A stretch of 64,000 nt of DNA from Planctomycetota bacterium (GCA_046290465.1 JBKAGP010000001.1:4224001-4288000), one strand, 5' to 3'; positions 37,875-47,505 are shown, counted from the stretch's first letter. The notes: a model not told the origin generated them from the sequence alone. Numbers and translations are program-made.

Positions 37875-38710
37875 GCGCTGCCGATGCCGGACGTAGGCGC
37901 ATGGACATGCTGCGGCCGGTCGCCGACGGTGGCCGCACGCGCTTCCAGGAGGGCTGGGTCGCGTTCGTGACCGTGGTCCGTCGCGAGATCCACCGCGTGC
38001 TGCGCATCTGGCCGCAGACGCTGCTGCCGCCGGTCATCACGACCAGCCTCTACTTCATCATCTTCGGGCCGGTGCTCGGCGATCGAATCGGGCAGATGGA
38101 GGGGTTCACGTACCTGCAGTACGTGACGCCGGGCCTGATCATGATGGCGGTGCTGACCAACTCGTACCAGAACGTCGTCTCGTCGCTGTTCGGAGCCAAG
38201 TTCCAGAGCCACATCGAGGAGATGCTGGTCTCGCCGATGTCCGGCCACGCGATCCTGCTCGGCTACGCGGTCGGCGGCGTGTTCCGCGGCCTCGCGATCG
38301 GACTGATCGTCGGGGTGGTGTCGGTGATGTTCGTCGACCTGCCGATCGCGCACCCGCTGTGGACGTTCGTGGTCGCGGTGCTGACCTCGGTCGCGTTCGC
38401 GTTCGGCGGCTTCATCAACGCGATGGTGGCGCGCAACTTCGACGACGTCTCGATCGTGCCGACGTTCGTGCTGACGCCGCTGACGATGCTCGGCGGCGTG
38501 TTCTACTCGGTCAACCTGCTCGGCGAGCCGTGGCAGACCGTCAGCTACCTCAACCCGATCCTCTACATGGTCAACGCCTTCCGGCACGCGATCCTGGGCA
38601 GCTCGGACCTGCCGATCTGGGTCGCGGGCGGGGTGCTGATGCTGTTCATCGTCGGCTTCTACCTGGCCGCCCTATCGATGCTGCGACGCGGCGTCGGCAT
38701 CCGGAGCTGA
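37871..38710 (+). CDS. ABC-2 type transporter permease (YadH-like)
   Basis: RIWPQTLLPP, PGLIMM, LGGVFYS and NPILYMVNAFR motifs; start may instead be ATG 37901. Confidence 0.9.
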   Translation: MSAADAGRRRMDMLRPVADGGRTRFQEGWVAFVTVVRREIHRVLRIWPQTLLPPVITTSLYFIIFGPVLGDRIGQMEGFTYLQYVTPGLIMMAVLTNSYQNVVSSLFGAKFQSHIEEMLVSPMSGHAILLGYAVGGVFRGLAIGLIVGVVSVMFVDLPIAHPLWTFVVAVLTSVAFAFGGFINAMVARNFDDVSIVPTFVLTPLTMLGGVFYSVNLLGEPWQTVSYLNPILYMVNAFRHAILGSSDLPIWVAGGVLMLFIVGFYLAALSMLRRGVGIRS

Positions 38711-38716
38711 ACGGAC

Positions 38717-39880
38717 ATGACGGACCTCCAACAGGACAACCTGCGGCTGCTCAAGAAGGGGCTCGAAGAGGAGGTCTACGTCGGCACCGCCGACGCCGAC
38801 ATCCAGCCGTTGTCGCACAAGATCGCCGCCGATCTGTGCGGCTTCGTGACCGAGCCGGACTCGCGCAACGTCGAGTACACGACGCCGCCCTACCGCAGCT
38901 ACGAGAGCATGCTGGGTCGGTTGATGACGCAGCGCTGCCGGCTGCGCCGCTACGTGCGCGCGCTCGGCGACTACACGCTGATCCCGGGCAGCACGCTGTC
39001 GCTGGAGGAGAACGACGACTTCGTCATCTCCAACCCCAACAACCCGTACTACCACTTCATCCGCGACACCTACGGCACCACGGTGGTGACCGCCAGCACG
39101 CACATCAACATCGGCATCCCCGATGCCGACCAGCTGATCGCGGCCTACCGCCTGCTGCGCGCCGAGGCGTCGATGTACCTGGCGCTGACGGCCAACTCGC
39201 CGTTCCTGCATGGCAAGCCGACCGGCGCGCATTCGACGCGCTGGCGGGTGTTCCCGCCGACGCCCAAGGTGACCCCGTTCTTCGTCGACCACGAGCACTT
39301 CCGCCGCTGGGTGCGCGAACAGCTCGCCGCCGGCACGATGTTCAACCCGCGCCACCTGTGGCTGGCGATCCGGCCCAACGGTGTCGGCACGCCCGACGAG
39401 ATCGAACGGCTGGAGCTGCGCATCTGCGACCGGATCACCAAGCCGCGCGACATCGCCGCGGTGGTCGCGTTGATGGAGGCGCGCGTCTGGCAGTCGCTGG
39501 AACAGGACGACCTCGATCCTCTGCAGGTGCGCACCGAGCAGGAGCTGCAGGAGATCTGCGCGAGCAACGAGCTCCGCGCCGCCGAGAAGAGCCTCGACGC
39601 GACGATCACCGATTGGCGCACCGGCAAGGACCTGCCGATGCGTGACTGGGTCGAGGGTTGCTGGCGCGGCTGCATGGTGACCGCGCAGGCTCACGGCTTC
39701 GCCGAGCACCTGGCGCCGCTCGAGGACCTGCTCGCCGAAGGCAACCTGTCGCAGCAGTGGCTGGCCCAGATCGAGGCCGGCCGCAGCCCGCGCGAGGTGC
39801 TGCGCGACGCGATCGTCGAGCTCACCGAGATCGACCGCGCCTACGATCCGGAGTGTCCGTCCGCCGACAAGACGACCTGA
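38717..39880 (+). CDS. gshA: Glutamate--cysteine ligase, cyanobacterial-type
   Basis: EPDSRNVEYTT, LIPGSTLSL, NPYY.FI..TYGT.VVTAS.HINIG, RHLW..IRPNG and RLELRICD motifs. Confidence 0.88.
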   Translation: MTDLQQDNLRLLKKGLEEEVYVGTADADIQPLSHKIAADLCGFVTEPDSRNVEYTTPPYRSYESMLGRLMTQRCRLRRYVRALGDYTLIPGSTLSLEENDDFVISNPNNPYYHFIRDTYGTTVVTASTHINIGIPDADQLIAAYRLLRAEASMYLALTANSPFLHGKPTGAHSTRWRVFPPTPKVTPFFVDHEHFRRWVREQLAAGTMFNPRHLWLAIRPNGVGTPDEIERLELRICDRITKPRDIAAVVALMEARVWQSLEQDDLDPLQVRTEQELQEICASNELRAAEKSLDATITDWRTGKDLPMRDWVEGCWRGCMVTAQAHGFAEHLAPLEDLLAEGNLSQQWLAQIEAGRSPREVLRDAIVELTEIDRAYDPECPSADKTT

Positions 39881-39889
39881 GCCGAGGCC

Positions 39890-40828
39890 ATGCGACACCT
39901 CTTCATCCTCGATCCGCTCGACCTGCTGCACATCGAGTCCGACACGTCGATCGCATTCCTGCAGGAGGCGTGGCGGCGCGGCCATGTCGTCGAGACCTGC
40001 GGCATCGGCCAGCTCGGCCAGCGCGACGGGACGCCGTTCGCGCATGCCGTGGTCACGACGGCGGGCTCGGGGGACCGCTGGTACGCAGCTGCGCCGTCGC
40101 AGCGCGTCGCGCTGTCCGACTACGACGCGGTCTGGATGCGCAAGGACCCGCCGTTCGACGACGCCTACCTGTTCGCGACGCTGCTGATGTCGCGCGCCGC
40201 GGGGCCGGTGATGGTCAACGACCCGGCTGCGCTGCGCGACGAGAACGAAAAGCTGTTCGCGCTCGAGTTCCCCGAGCTGTGTCCGGCGACGCTGGTCAGC
40301 AGCCGCGTCGAGGAGCTGCTGGCGTTCCGCGACGAGATGGGTGGCCAGATGATCGTCAAGCCGCTCGACGGCAACGGCGGTCGCGGCGTGTTCCACGTCA
40401 CCAAGGGCGACCGCAACGCGCGTGCGATCGTCGAGGCCGGCACGCTCGAAGGTCGACGCCTGCTGATGGCGCAGCAATACGTGCCGGAGGTGCGCGACGG
40501 CGACAAGCGCATCATCCTGATCGAGGGAGAGCCCGCCGGGGCGGTGCTGCGCGTTCCGGCAGAGGACGAGGCGCGCGCCAACCTGCACGTCGGCGGCCGC
40601 GCCGAGAGCACGGCGCTCAGCGACCGCGAGCGCGAGATCTGCGCGCGCATCGGCCCGCGCCTGCGGGAGAAGGGCGTGATCTTCGCCGGCATCGACGTGC
40701 TCGGCGACTACCTGACCGAGATCAACATCACCAGCCCGACCGGCGTGCGCGAGATCGAGCGTCTCGACGGCACCCGGCTCGAGGCTCAGGTCCTGGACGC
40801 GGTCGAGGCGCGGCGGGCGGCGCGATGA
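39890..40828 (+). CDS. gshB: Glutathione synthetase
   Basis: MRKDPPFD, NEKL, KPLDGNGG, GDKRI, RANLHVGG and EINITSPTG motifs. Confidence 0.95.
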   Translation: MRHLFILDPLDLLHIESDTSIAFLQEAWRRGHVVETCGIGQLGQRDGTPFAHAVVTTAGSGDRWYAAAPSQRVALSDYDAVWMRKDPPFDDAYLFATLLMSRAAGPVMVNDPAALRDENEKLFALEFPELCPATLVSSRVEELLAFRDEMGGQMIVKPLDGNGGRGVFHVTKGDRNARAIVEAGTLEGRRLLMAQQYVPEVRDGDKRIILIEGEPAGAVLRVPAEDEARANLHVGGRAESTALSDREREICARIGPRLREKGVIFAGIDVLGDYLTEINITSPTGVREIERLDGTRLEAQVLDAVEARRAAR

Positions 40829-41610
40829 TCGTCGAGCGCGTCTGGGTCGGCAACCGGCTGCGCAACTACAACTACGTGGTCGCGTGCGGCGAGACCGGCG
40901 AGGCGCTGGCGATCGATCCGCTCGACCATGCGGCGTGCCTGCGCGTCGCCGAACGGCGCGGCTTCGAGATCACCCAGGTGCTCAACACGCACGAGCACCA
41001 CGACCACATCGGCGGCAATCGCGGCATCGTCGCGGCGACCGGCGCAAAGGTGCTGGCGCATCGCGACGCGCGGATCCCGGGCGTCGACCGCGGTGTCGGC
41101 GCCGGCGACGTGGTGCGCGTCGGTCGGACCATCGAGCTCGAGTGCCTCGACACGCCCGGCCACACGATGAGCCACGTCTGCCTGCTGGCGCACGCGCCGG
41201 AGGCGGCGCTGTTCTCCGGCGACACGCTGTTCAACGCCGGCGCCGGCAACTGCCACAACGGCGGCCACCCCGAGGTGCTCTACCGGACGTTCGCGCAGCA
41301 GCTCGAACGGCTCGACGCGGCGGCGAAGCTGTATCCGGGCCACGACTACCTGGCCGGCAACCTGCGGTTCACGCTGGATCGGGAGCCCGACAACGCGGCC
41401 GCGGCCGAGCTGCTGGCGGCCGTCGACGGCCGCGACGGTCCCGACGCGCCGGTGCTGACGCTCGGTCAGGAGAAGGCGATCAACACGTTCTTCCGGCTGC
41501 GCAGCCCGTCGGTCGTCGCGGCGCTGCGGCGGTCGTTCGCCGACCTGCCCGCGGATCCGAGCGACGAGGACGTCTTCCTGCGGCTTCGGGAGCTCCGCAA
41601 CCGCTGGTAG
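40825..41610 (+). CDS. gloB: Hydroxyacylglutathione hydrolase (glyoxalase II)
   Basis: THEHHDHIGG, TPGHT, FSGDTLF and YPGHDY motifs. Confidence 0.9.
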   Translation: MIVERVWVGNRLRNYNYVVACGETGEALAIDPLDHAACLRVAERRGFEITQVLNTHEHHDHIGGNRGIVAATGAKVLAHRDARIPGVDRGVGAGDVVRVGRTIELECLDTPGHTMSHVCLLAHAPEAALFSGDTLFNAGAGNCHNGGHPEVLYRTFAQQLERLDAAAKLYPGHDYLAGNLRFTLDREPDNAAAAELLAAVDGRDGPDAPVLTLGQEKAINTFFRLRSPSVVAALRRSFADLPADPSDEDVFLRLRELRNRW

Positions 41611-41672
41611 GTGGCGGTCCTGGGACGCCTTCCTTGCGGATCGGGCAGGCTCGGCCTAGCTTTCCGCCCCCG

Positions 41673-41909
41673 ATGCCGATGCACGCCCAAGAGATCGAAG
41701 CGCTGATCCGAGCGCAGTTCCCCGATGCCGACATCACGGTCGAGGGGGACGACGGCATGCACATGGCGGCCACCGTCGTCGACGCGAGCTTCCGCGGCAT
41801 GAGCCGCGTGGCGCAGCAGCGCGCCGTGTATGCCGCGCTGAAGGGCAAGATGGACGGGCCGGACGGCGAGCTGCACGCGCTGCAGCTGACGACCCGCGCG
41901 CGGGACTGA
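41673..41909 (+). CDS. bolA: BolA/IbaG family protein
   Basis: [20 protein letters not shown] and LHALQLTT motifs. Confidence 0.9.
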   Translation: MPMHAQEIEALIRAQFPDADITVEGDDGMHMAATVVDASFRGMSRVAQQRAVYAALKGKMDGPDGELHALQLTTRARD

Positions 41910-41937
41910 ACCGAACACCAACGAAGGAATACGAGCG

Positions 41938-42300
41938 ATGAGCGACATCCAGACCCAGATCAAGGAGACCGTCGAGAAGCACGACGTCGTGCTGTTCATG
42001 AAGGGCAACAAGCTGATGCCCCAATGCGGTTTCTCGAGCCGCGTCGCCGGCATCCTCGGCGGCCTGCAGGTCGCCTTCCACGACGTCAACGTGCTCGCCG
42101 ACGAGGGCGTCCGTCAGGGCATCAAGGACTACTCGGACTGGCCGACGATCCCGCAGCTCTACGTCAAGGGCGAGTTCGTCGGCGGCTGCGACATCGTCAC
42201 CGAGATGACCCTCTCCGGCGAACTCGACCAGCTGTTCGAGAAGCACGCCATCTCCTTCGACAAGTCCGCCGCCGAACAGATCCGAGCCCAGAACAGCTGA
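41938..42300 (+). CDS. grxD: Monothiol glutaredoxin Grx4
   Basis: LFMKG..PQCGFS and [19 protein letters not shown] motifs. Confidence 0.96.
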   Translation: MSDIQTQIKETVEKHDVVLFMKGNKLMPQCGFSSRVAGILGGLQVAFHDVNVLADEGVRQGIKDYSDWPTIPQLYVKGEFVGGCDIVTEMTLSGELDQLFEKHAISFDKSAAEQIRAQNS

Positions 42301-42369
42301 CCCGCCCCGCAGGTCGTGTTCCGCAGGCTTGGTTCCACGAGCATTCCTCACGGACCCGGAAGCTGCGGA

Positions 42370-42801
42370 TCAGATCTGCTTGAAGACCTTGGCGAGGCTC
42401 TCGCCGTGCACGTCGAGGTTCCACTCGCACAGGTGGCCGAACGGCGTGCAGCGCACCTCGTAGCCGGTGCCGCGCAGCCGCTCGGCGAGTTCGTCCAGGA
42501 ACGCGCGCGCGAACGCCGGGTCGGCGCTGTCGGCGCCCAGGTGCGTGAACGAGTGCAGCACGACGTTCTGCAGCGAACGCTTGTTGCACAGCCATTTGAC
42601 GTGCTTGAGCGTGTGCTGGAACGCCCGCTTGCGCGCGTCGGCCGGCTCGTCCGCGACCTCCGCGTGCGCGAACACCACGACGCAGTCCGCCAGCTCGTCG
42701 GTGACGTCGACGGTCGCCAGCGGTTCGCCGCCGACCTCGTCGAGCGAGCGCTCGAAGCTGCGCCAGCCGAAGCGCTTCGCCTGGAAGCAGAGCAGCCGCA
42801 T
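42370..42801 (-). CDS. Free-standing archaeal-type threonyl-tRNA synthetase editing-domain protein
   Basis: MRLL, VVVFAHAE..D, VVLHSFTHL, TPFG and GESLA match the DTD-fold ThrRS editing-domain pattern. Confidence 0.8.
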   Translation of the reverse strand: MRLLCFQAKRFGWRSFERSLDEVGGEPLATVDVTDELADCVVVFAHAEVADEPADARKRAFQHTLKHVKWLCNKRSLQNVVLHSFTHLGADSADPAFARAFLDELAERLRGTGYEVRCTPFGHLCEWNLDVHGESLAKVFKQI

Positions 42802-43607
42802 CAGCCGCGACGGCGACGACGCTGCCGCCAGCTGGCCTCGTAGATGCGCGCCTCGGCGTCGCGCGGCCGGTCGCCGAGATCGAGGTAGCGCGAGCCGGCC
42901 CGCTTGCTGAAGAACGTGAACACGTCGAGCACCTGCGCCCCGTCCTTGCCGGCGACCAGGTCGTGCACGTTGTCGCGGTTGCGACCGAGCGTCGAGATCC
43001 GCCCGGGCAGGATCAGGTCGTCGCGGGTCTCGCGCACCTCGAACGTCTTGCCCGAGTCGACCGCCGGCGGCGCGCTGACGAAGTCGTAGTTGCGCACCCG
43101 GGCCTCGCCGCCGATGCCCATGATCACGCCGTTGTAGTCGAGGTGGTCGTGGTGCGAGAAGCCCTTGCCCGGCTTCAGCGTCATCGACATCGCGGCCAGT
43201 GGAAAGCGCTCGCCGTCCTTGGCGTGCTGCTTGCGAAACGCCTGCATCGCGCCGCGCAGCGGTGCCTTCGGGTCGGCGATCCGCGTCATCGCCGCGGCGA
43301 CCGTCATCAGGTAGGCCTGCTCGTCCTCGCCCTTGCTGTCGACCAGGCGCCGGCTCAGCGGGTAGAGGTGCTCGAGGAAGCCGGCGTAGTCGAGCTTCGT
43401 GCCCAGGCCCGGCGCCGGCCGGTCCGAGCCGGGCTTCGGATCCTGGGCGCGCGGCGATCGGCCGAGCAGCAGCGCGGTGACGCCGGCCGCCGACAGCCAG
43501 AACACGCGGCGCCGTTCGATCGTCACGCCGTCGGCGACCTCGTCACGGCCGCCGGTCTCGTCGACGACGACCGCCGGGCCGTCGCCCTCGTCGGGGAAAT
43601 AGCTCAT
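42801..43607 (-). CDS. Tat-signal cupin protein (thiol dioxygenase-like)
   Basis: ERRRVFWL twin-arginine-like signal; cupin motifs HHDH and DNVH, then VLDVF. Confidence 0.65.
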   Translation of the reverse strand: MSYFPDEGDGPAVVVDETGGRDEVADGVTIERRRVFWLSAAGVTALLLGRSPRAQDPKPGSDRPAPGLGTKLDYAGFLEHLYPLSRRLVDSKGEDEQAYLMTVAAAMTRIADPKAPLRGAMQAFRKQHAKDGERFPLAAMSMTLKPGKGFSHHDHLDYNGVIMGIGGEARVRNYDFVSAPPAVDSGKTFEVRETRDDLILPGRISTLGRNRDNVHDLVAGKDGAQVLDVFTFFSKRAGSRYLDLGDRPRDAEARIYEASWRQRRRRRG

Positions 43608-43644
43608 GGCGGCATCCTAGCCGCCGCCACCCGACCGCGCCCGC

Positions 43645-44628
43645 CTAGCTGGCCGCCTGCTTGCGCGAGCTGGCCGCCTGCTTGCGCGGCACCCGCCCAC
43701 GCAGCTTGGGCACCAGGATCAGCGCCTCGCGCGCGATCGCGCCGTCCATCTTGGACTGGCCGACGCGGCGATCGATGAAGTGGATCGGCGCCTCGTGCAC
43801 GCGGAACCCGGCGCGCTTCATCCGGAACGCCATCTCGATCTGGAACGCGTAGCCCTGCGCGTGCACCGCGTCGAGGTCGAGCTGCCGCAGTGCGTCGACG
43901 TGGAAGCAGCGGAACCCGGCCGTGTTGTCGCGGATGCCCGAGCCGAGCATCAGCCGCGCGTAGAGGTTGGCACCGCGCGACAGCATGCGACGACGGAAGC
44001 CCCAGCCGACCGTGCAGCCGCCCTTGACGTAGCGGCTGCCGATCACGAGCTCGGCGTGCTCCGAAGCGTGGACCAGCCGCGGCAGGTCCCACGGCGCATG
44101 GCTGAAGTCCGCGTCCATCTCGCAGACCCGTTGGTAGCCGTGTTCCATCGCGTAGCGGAAGCCGGCGATGTAGGCGGTGCCGAGGCCCTGCTTGCCCTGA
44201 CGGTGCATCACGTGCACGCGCGGATCGGCGGCGGCCATGCGGTCGGCGATCTCACCGGTGCCGTCCGGCGAGCCGTCGTCGACGATCAGCACGTCGCAGT
44301 CGAGGTAGCCGTGCACCGCCTCGACGATCGGCTGCACGTTGCCCTTCTCGTTGTAGGTCGGGATCACGACCAGCGTGCGCCACGGCGCCCGATGCGGGCG
44401 CGTCGGCAGCGGGCCGCGACCTTCCCCGACGTGGAGCGCCGCCGACGCCATCGCCGCGGCCTCGTCCTGTTCCTGCAGCACCACGATGCGCGAGCTGTCG
44501 ACGCCGTCGCGAACGCGCCGCTCGACCTCGTCGAAGTCGCGCACCGCCACGAGCGGTTCGGCGAGCGGTCGTGGACCCGGCTGCGGGGCCTGACTGCGGA
44601 CGGGTTGCTCGCGTTCGGGTTGGCTCAA
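43645..44628 (-). CDS. Polyprenol-phosphate mannosyltransferase-like GT2 with an N-terminal extension
   Basis: VIPTYNE, VDDGSPDGT, GLGTAY, EMDADFSH, IGSRY and GYAFQIEM motifs. Start uncertain (TTG 44628 or ATG 44451). Confidence 0.85.
   Translation of the reverse strand: MSQPEREQPVRSQAPQPGPRPLAEPLVAVRDFDEVERRVRDGVDSSRIVVLQEQDEAAAMASAALHVGEGRGPLPTRPHRAPWRTLVVIPTYNEKGNVQPIVEAVHGYLDCDVLIVDDGSPDGTGEIADRMAAADPRVHVMHRQGKQGLGTAYIAGFRYAMEHGYQRVCEMDADFSHAPWDLPRLVHASEHAELVIGSRYVKGGCTVGWGFRRRMLSRGANLYARLMLGSGIRDNTAGFRCFHVDALRQLDLDAVHAQGYAFQIEMAFRMKRAGFRVHEAPIHFIDRRVGQSKMDGAIAREALILVPKLRGRVPRKQAASSRKQAAS
43647..43688. repeat. Exact 21-bp in-frame duplication abutting the GT2 stop codon
   Basis: agctggccgcctgcttgcgcg x2; the protein ends RKQAASSRKQAAS. 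Confidence 0.9.
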
Positions 44629-44681
44629 TGCGACGTGGGGTGGGCGGTCACGGGCAGTGTAGCCACGCCCGCGGCGGTGGA

Positions 44682-45329
44682 CTAACCGTTCTTCACGCCG
44701 AAGTAGATGCCGTCGCCGACCGGCACCACCAGCCCTTCGATCTGCGGCGATGCGAGCGCCTCGTCGAGGAACGCACGCAGGCCGATCTCCTTCTCGGCGT
44801 TGCCATCGGCGATTCGGCCGCTCGCCAACACGTTGTCCGCGAACAGCGCGCCGCCCGGGCGCAGCAGCCGCAGCGCGTGGCGCAGGTAGCCGACGTAGCC
44901 CGGCTTGTCGGCATCGAGGAACACCGCGTCGAACGCGCCGTCCGGCAGTTGGCCGAGGGTCTCCGACGCCGGCCCGACACGCACCTCGATCTTGCCGCTC
45001 TGGTCGGAGTTGGCGATCCACTCGCGCGCGAACTCGGCGTGCTTGGGCTCGATGTCGTGCGTGACGATGCGGCCGTCGGCCGGCATCCCCCGTGCCATCG
45101 AGATCGCGGAGTAGCCGCCGAGCGTGCCGACCTCGACGACCTTGCGCGCCCCGAGGCACTGCATCATCAGCTTGAGGTAGGTGCCCTGCTCGAACGAGAT
45201 GTGGATCTCCGGCAGTCCTGCGCGTTCGGCGGCGGCGCGCAGGTCGCGCAGATAGTCGTCCTCCTGGGTCGTCTTGGTGGCGAGGAAGGCGAAGAGTCGT
45301 TCGTCGACGGGGGTGCTCGTCTTCGGCAT
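44682..45329 (-). CDS. Class I SAM-dependent O-methyltransferase (COMT/CCoAOMT-like)
   Basis: VEVGTLGGYS, FDAVFLDADK and LRPGG..FADNVL motifs. Confidence 0.9.
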   Translation of the reverse strand: MPKTSTPVDERLFAFLATKTTQEDDYLRDLRAAAERAGLPEIHISFEQGTYLKLMMQCLGARKVVEVGTLGGYSAISMARGMPADGRIVTHDIEPKHAEFAREWIANSDQSGKIEVRVGPASETLGQLPDGAFDAVFLDADKPGYVGYLRHALRLLRPGGALFADNVLASGRIADGNAEKEIGLRAFLDEALASPQIEGLVVPVGDGIYFGVKNG

Positions 45330-45402
45330 GACGTCGGACGGTATCCGACAACGCCGGAAAAGCCGTTACGCCCGCCGCCGTTCCGACGCCCTGACGGATG
45401 CC

Positions 45403-45579
45403 ATGAGAATCCTGGTCATGCTGGTCATCCTCGGCTCCCTGCTGACGCGCGAGGAGCAGGGCCAAGCCGCGCCGGAGCCGCCGGTTGTGGCCGGGGCCGC
45501 GGTCGCGACCGCAGCGGTGCTCGGCCCCGCGCTTGGTCCGCCCCCGCGCGCCGGGTATGCCTGTAGCCGTGACGACTGA
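45403..45579 (+). CDS. Possible small secreted/membrane peptide
   Basis: MRILVMLVILGSLL hydrophobic start; 58 aa; overlaps the pyrE start. Confidence 0.3.
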   Translation: MRILVMLVILGSLLTREEQGQAAPEPPVVAGAAVATAAVLGPALGPPPRAGYACSRDD

Positions 45580-46135
45580 ATTCGACCCTGCAGCGGCCAA
45601 GGCCCGCCTGCTCGAGCTCGTTCGCGAGCGCGCCTACAAGGACGGCATCGACATCGTGCTGGCGTCGGGCAAACGCTCCGACTTCTACATCAACGGCAAG
45701 AAGGTCTCGCTGCACCCCGAGGGCCTCTACCTGATCGGGATGCTGCTGCTCGACAAGCTCGAGAAGTACCCGGAGATCACCGCGGTCGGCGGCCTGACGC
45801 TCGGCGCCGACCCGCTGGCGAGCGCGGTCGCGTGCCTGTCGCACCTGACCGGCCGCAACCTCAAGGCCTTCCTGGTGCGCAAGGAGGCCAAGGGCCACGG
45901 CACCGGCTCGCGCATCGAGGGCGACCTCGAGAAGGGCGAGAAGGTCTGCGTGCTCGAGGACACGGTCACCACCGGTGGCTCGGCGCTCAAGGCGATCGAC
46001 GCGGTCGTCGAGGCCGGCGCCGACCCGGTCGTGGTGATGGCGATCGCCGATCGCGAAGACCCCGACGCGGCGCCGTTCCGCGCAGCGCACAAGGTCGAGT
46101 GTCTGGTGACGCTCAGCGAGATCCGCGCGTCGTGA
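45569..46135 (+). CDS. pyrE: Orotate phosphoribosyltransferase
   Basis: LASGKRSDFYIN, GGLTLGADP, VRKEAKGHGT and LEDTVTTGGS motifs. Confidence 0.95.
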   Translation: MTTEFDPAAAKARLLELVRERAYKDGIDIVLASGKRSDFYINGKKVSLHPEGLYLIGMLLLDKLEKYPEITAVGGLTLGADPLASAVACLSHLTGRNLKAFLVRKEAKGHGTGSRIEGDLEKGEKVCVLEDTVTTGGSALKAIDAVVEAGADPVVVMAIADREDPDAAPFRAAHKVECLVTLSEIRAS

Positions 46136-47505
46136 GCGAGAACGCCGGCAAGCGCACCTTCGCGATCGTGCCGGCCGCCGGCGTCGGCGAGCGCATGGGC
46201 AAGGACAAGGCGCTGCTCGACCTGGGCGGCGTGACCGCGATCGAACGCATCGTGGCGACCTGCCGCACGGCGGGGGTCGACGGCTTCGTGGTCGTGCGCC
46301 GCGAGGATGCCGCTCCGCTGCCCGAGACGCTCGACGTGCAGCTGGTGACGACCAGCGGCAAGGGCGACATGTCGGACAGCCTGCGCATGGCGCTGCTCAA
46401 GCTGCCGCGCGACGTCGAGGCCGTGCTGGTGTTCCCCGTCGACCACGCGCTGGTCGAGGTCGACACCGTGATGGCGCTGCGCGCCCGGCTGCAGCGCGGC
46501 GGCTGCGCGATTGCGCTGCCGCTGTTCCGCGACCAGCCGGGGCACCCGGCGGCGATGAAGCGCGCCGTGTTCAACGAGATCGATCGCGACGGCACGACGC
46601 TGCGCGATGTGATCCGCCGCGACCCGGAACGCGTCGCCGTCGTGCCGACCGCCAACCACTGGGTGCGTGCCGACCTCGACCGCCCCGAGGACCTGCGCGC
46701 CGCGCGCTGCGACCTGTCCGGCGAGCCGTGGAGCACCGTGGCGCAGATGTTCCGGCACCGCAGCCACCGCTCGTATCTGCCCGATGCGGTGCCCGACGCG
46801 CAGATCCAGCGGCTGGTCGACGCGGCGCGCTACGCCTCGACGTCGAGCTTCATCCAGGCTTACTCGGTCATCGCGGTGCGCGAGAAGGAACTCAAGAACG
46901 AGTGCGCGCGGCTGTGCGGCGGCCAGGCGCACATCGTCGAGGCACCGGTGTTCTTCGCGATCTGCGCCGACCTGCACAAGATCGCGCGCGCCTGCGCCGA
47001 CCACGAAACCGAGGTGCGCAGCGACAGCTTCGAACTGTTCCTGCAGGCGACCGTCGACGCGGCGCTGCTCGGCCAGAACCTGCAGCTCGCGGTCGAGGCC
47101 GAGGGGCTCGGTGCGTGCATGATCGGCGGCGCGCGCAACCACCCGATCGAGATCGCCAAGGCGCTCGGGCTGCCGCGGCACTGCTTCGTCGTGTTCGGCA
47201 TGACGGTCGGCAAGCCCGGCGACGACCCGGTGCCGCGCGGTCGGATGCCGCTCGCGGGGGTGCTGCACTGGAACCGCTACGACGACTCCGACACCGCGGA
47301 CGTGCTGCGCGGCGCCGACGAGGTGATGCGCACCTGGGCGAAGCGCGCCAACGCCGAACAGGGTGGCTACAACGGCCGGCCGGTCAGCGAAGACAAGGGC
47401 TGGGCCGACCGCATGGCCAGGATGTGGGGCGGCGAGAGCGCCTACGCCGAGGCCCGCAAGGTGTTGCGCGACGAGCTGCGCGAGCTGGGGTTCGGGCTGG
47501 ACTGA
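46132..47505 (+). CDS. Fusion of a MobA/MocA-like nucleotidyltransferase and an NfsA-like nitroreductase
   Basis: N-terminal PAAGVGERMG..KALL, FPVDH, GHP, DLDRPED; C-terminal HRSHRSY, ASTSSFIQAYSVI, EGLGACMIGGARN. Confidence 0.85.
   Translation: MSENAGKRTFAIVPAAGVGERMGKDKALLDLGGVTAIERIVATCRTAGVDGFVVVRREDAAPLPETLDVQLVTTSGKGDMSDSLRMALLKLPRDVEAVLVFPVDHALVEVDTVMALRARLQRGGCAIALPLFRDQPGHPAAMKRAVFNEIDRDGTTLRDVIRRDPERVAVVPTANHWVRADLDRPEDLRAARCDLSGEPWSTVAQMFRHRSHRSYLPDAVPDAQIQRLVDAARYASTSSFIQAYSVIAVREKELKNECARLCGGQAHIVEAPVFFAICADLHKIARACADHETEVRSDSFELFLQATVDAALLGQNLQLAVEAEGLGACMIGGARNHPIEIAKALGLPRHCFVVFGMTVGKPGDDPVPRGRMPLAGVLHWNRYDDSDTADVLRGADEVMRTWAKRANAEQGGYNGRPVSEDKGWADRMARMWGGESAYAEARKVLRDELRELGFGLD

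Noticed and set aside
42301..42369. Degenerate ~14-bp repeats (ccgcagg...gtt) in the convergent spacer after grxD
   Set aside because: Only two recognisable copies and not clearly derived from either stop region; too weak to add to the echo set.
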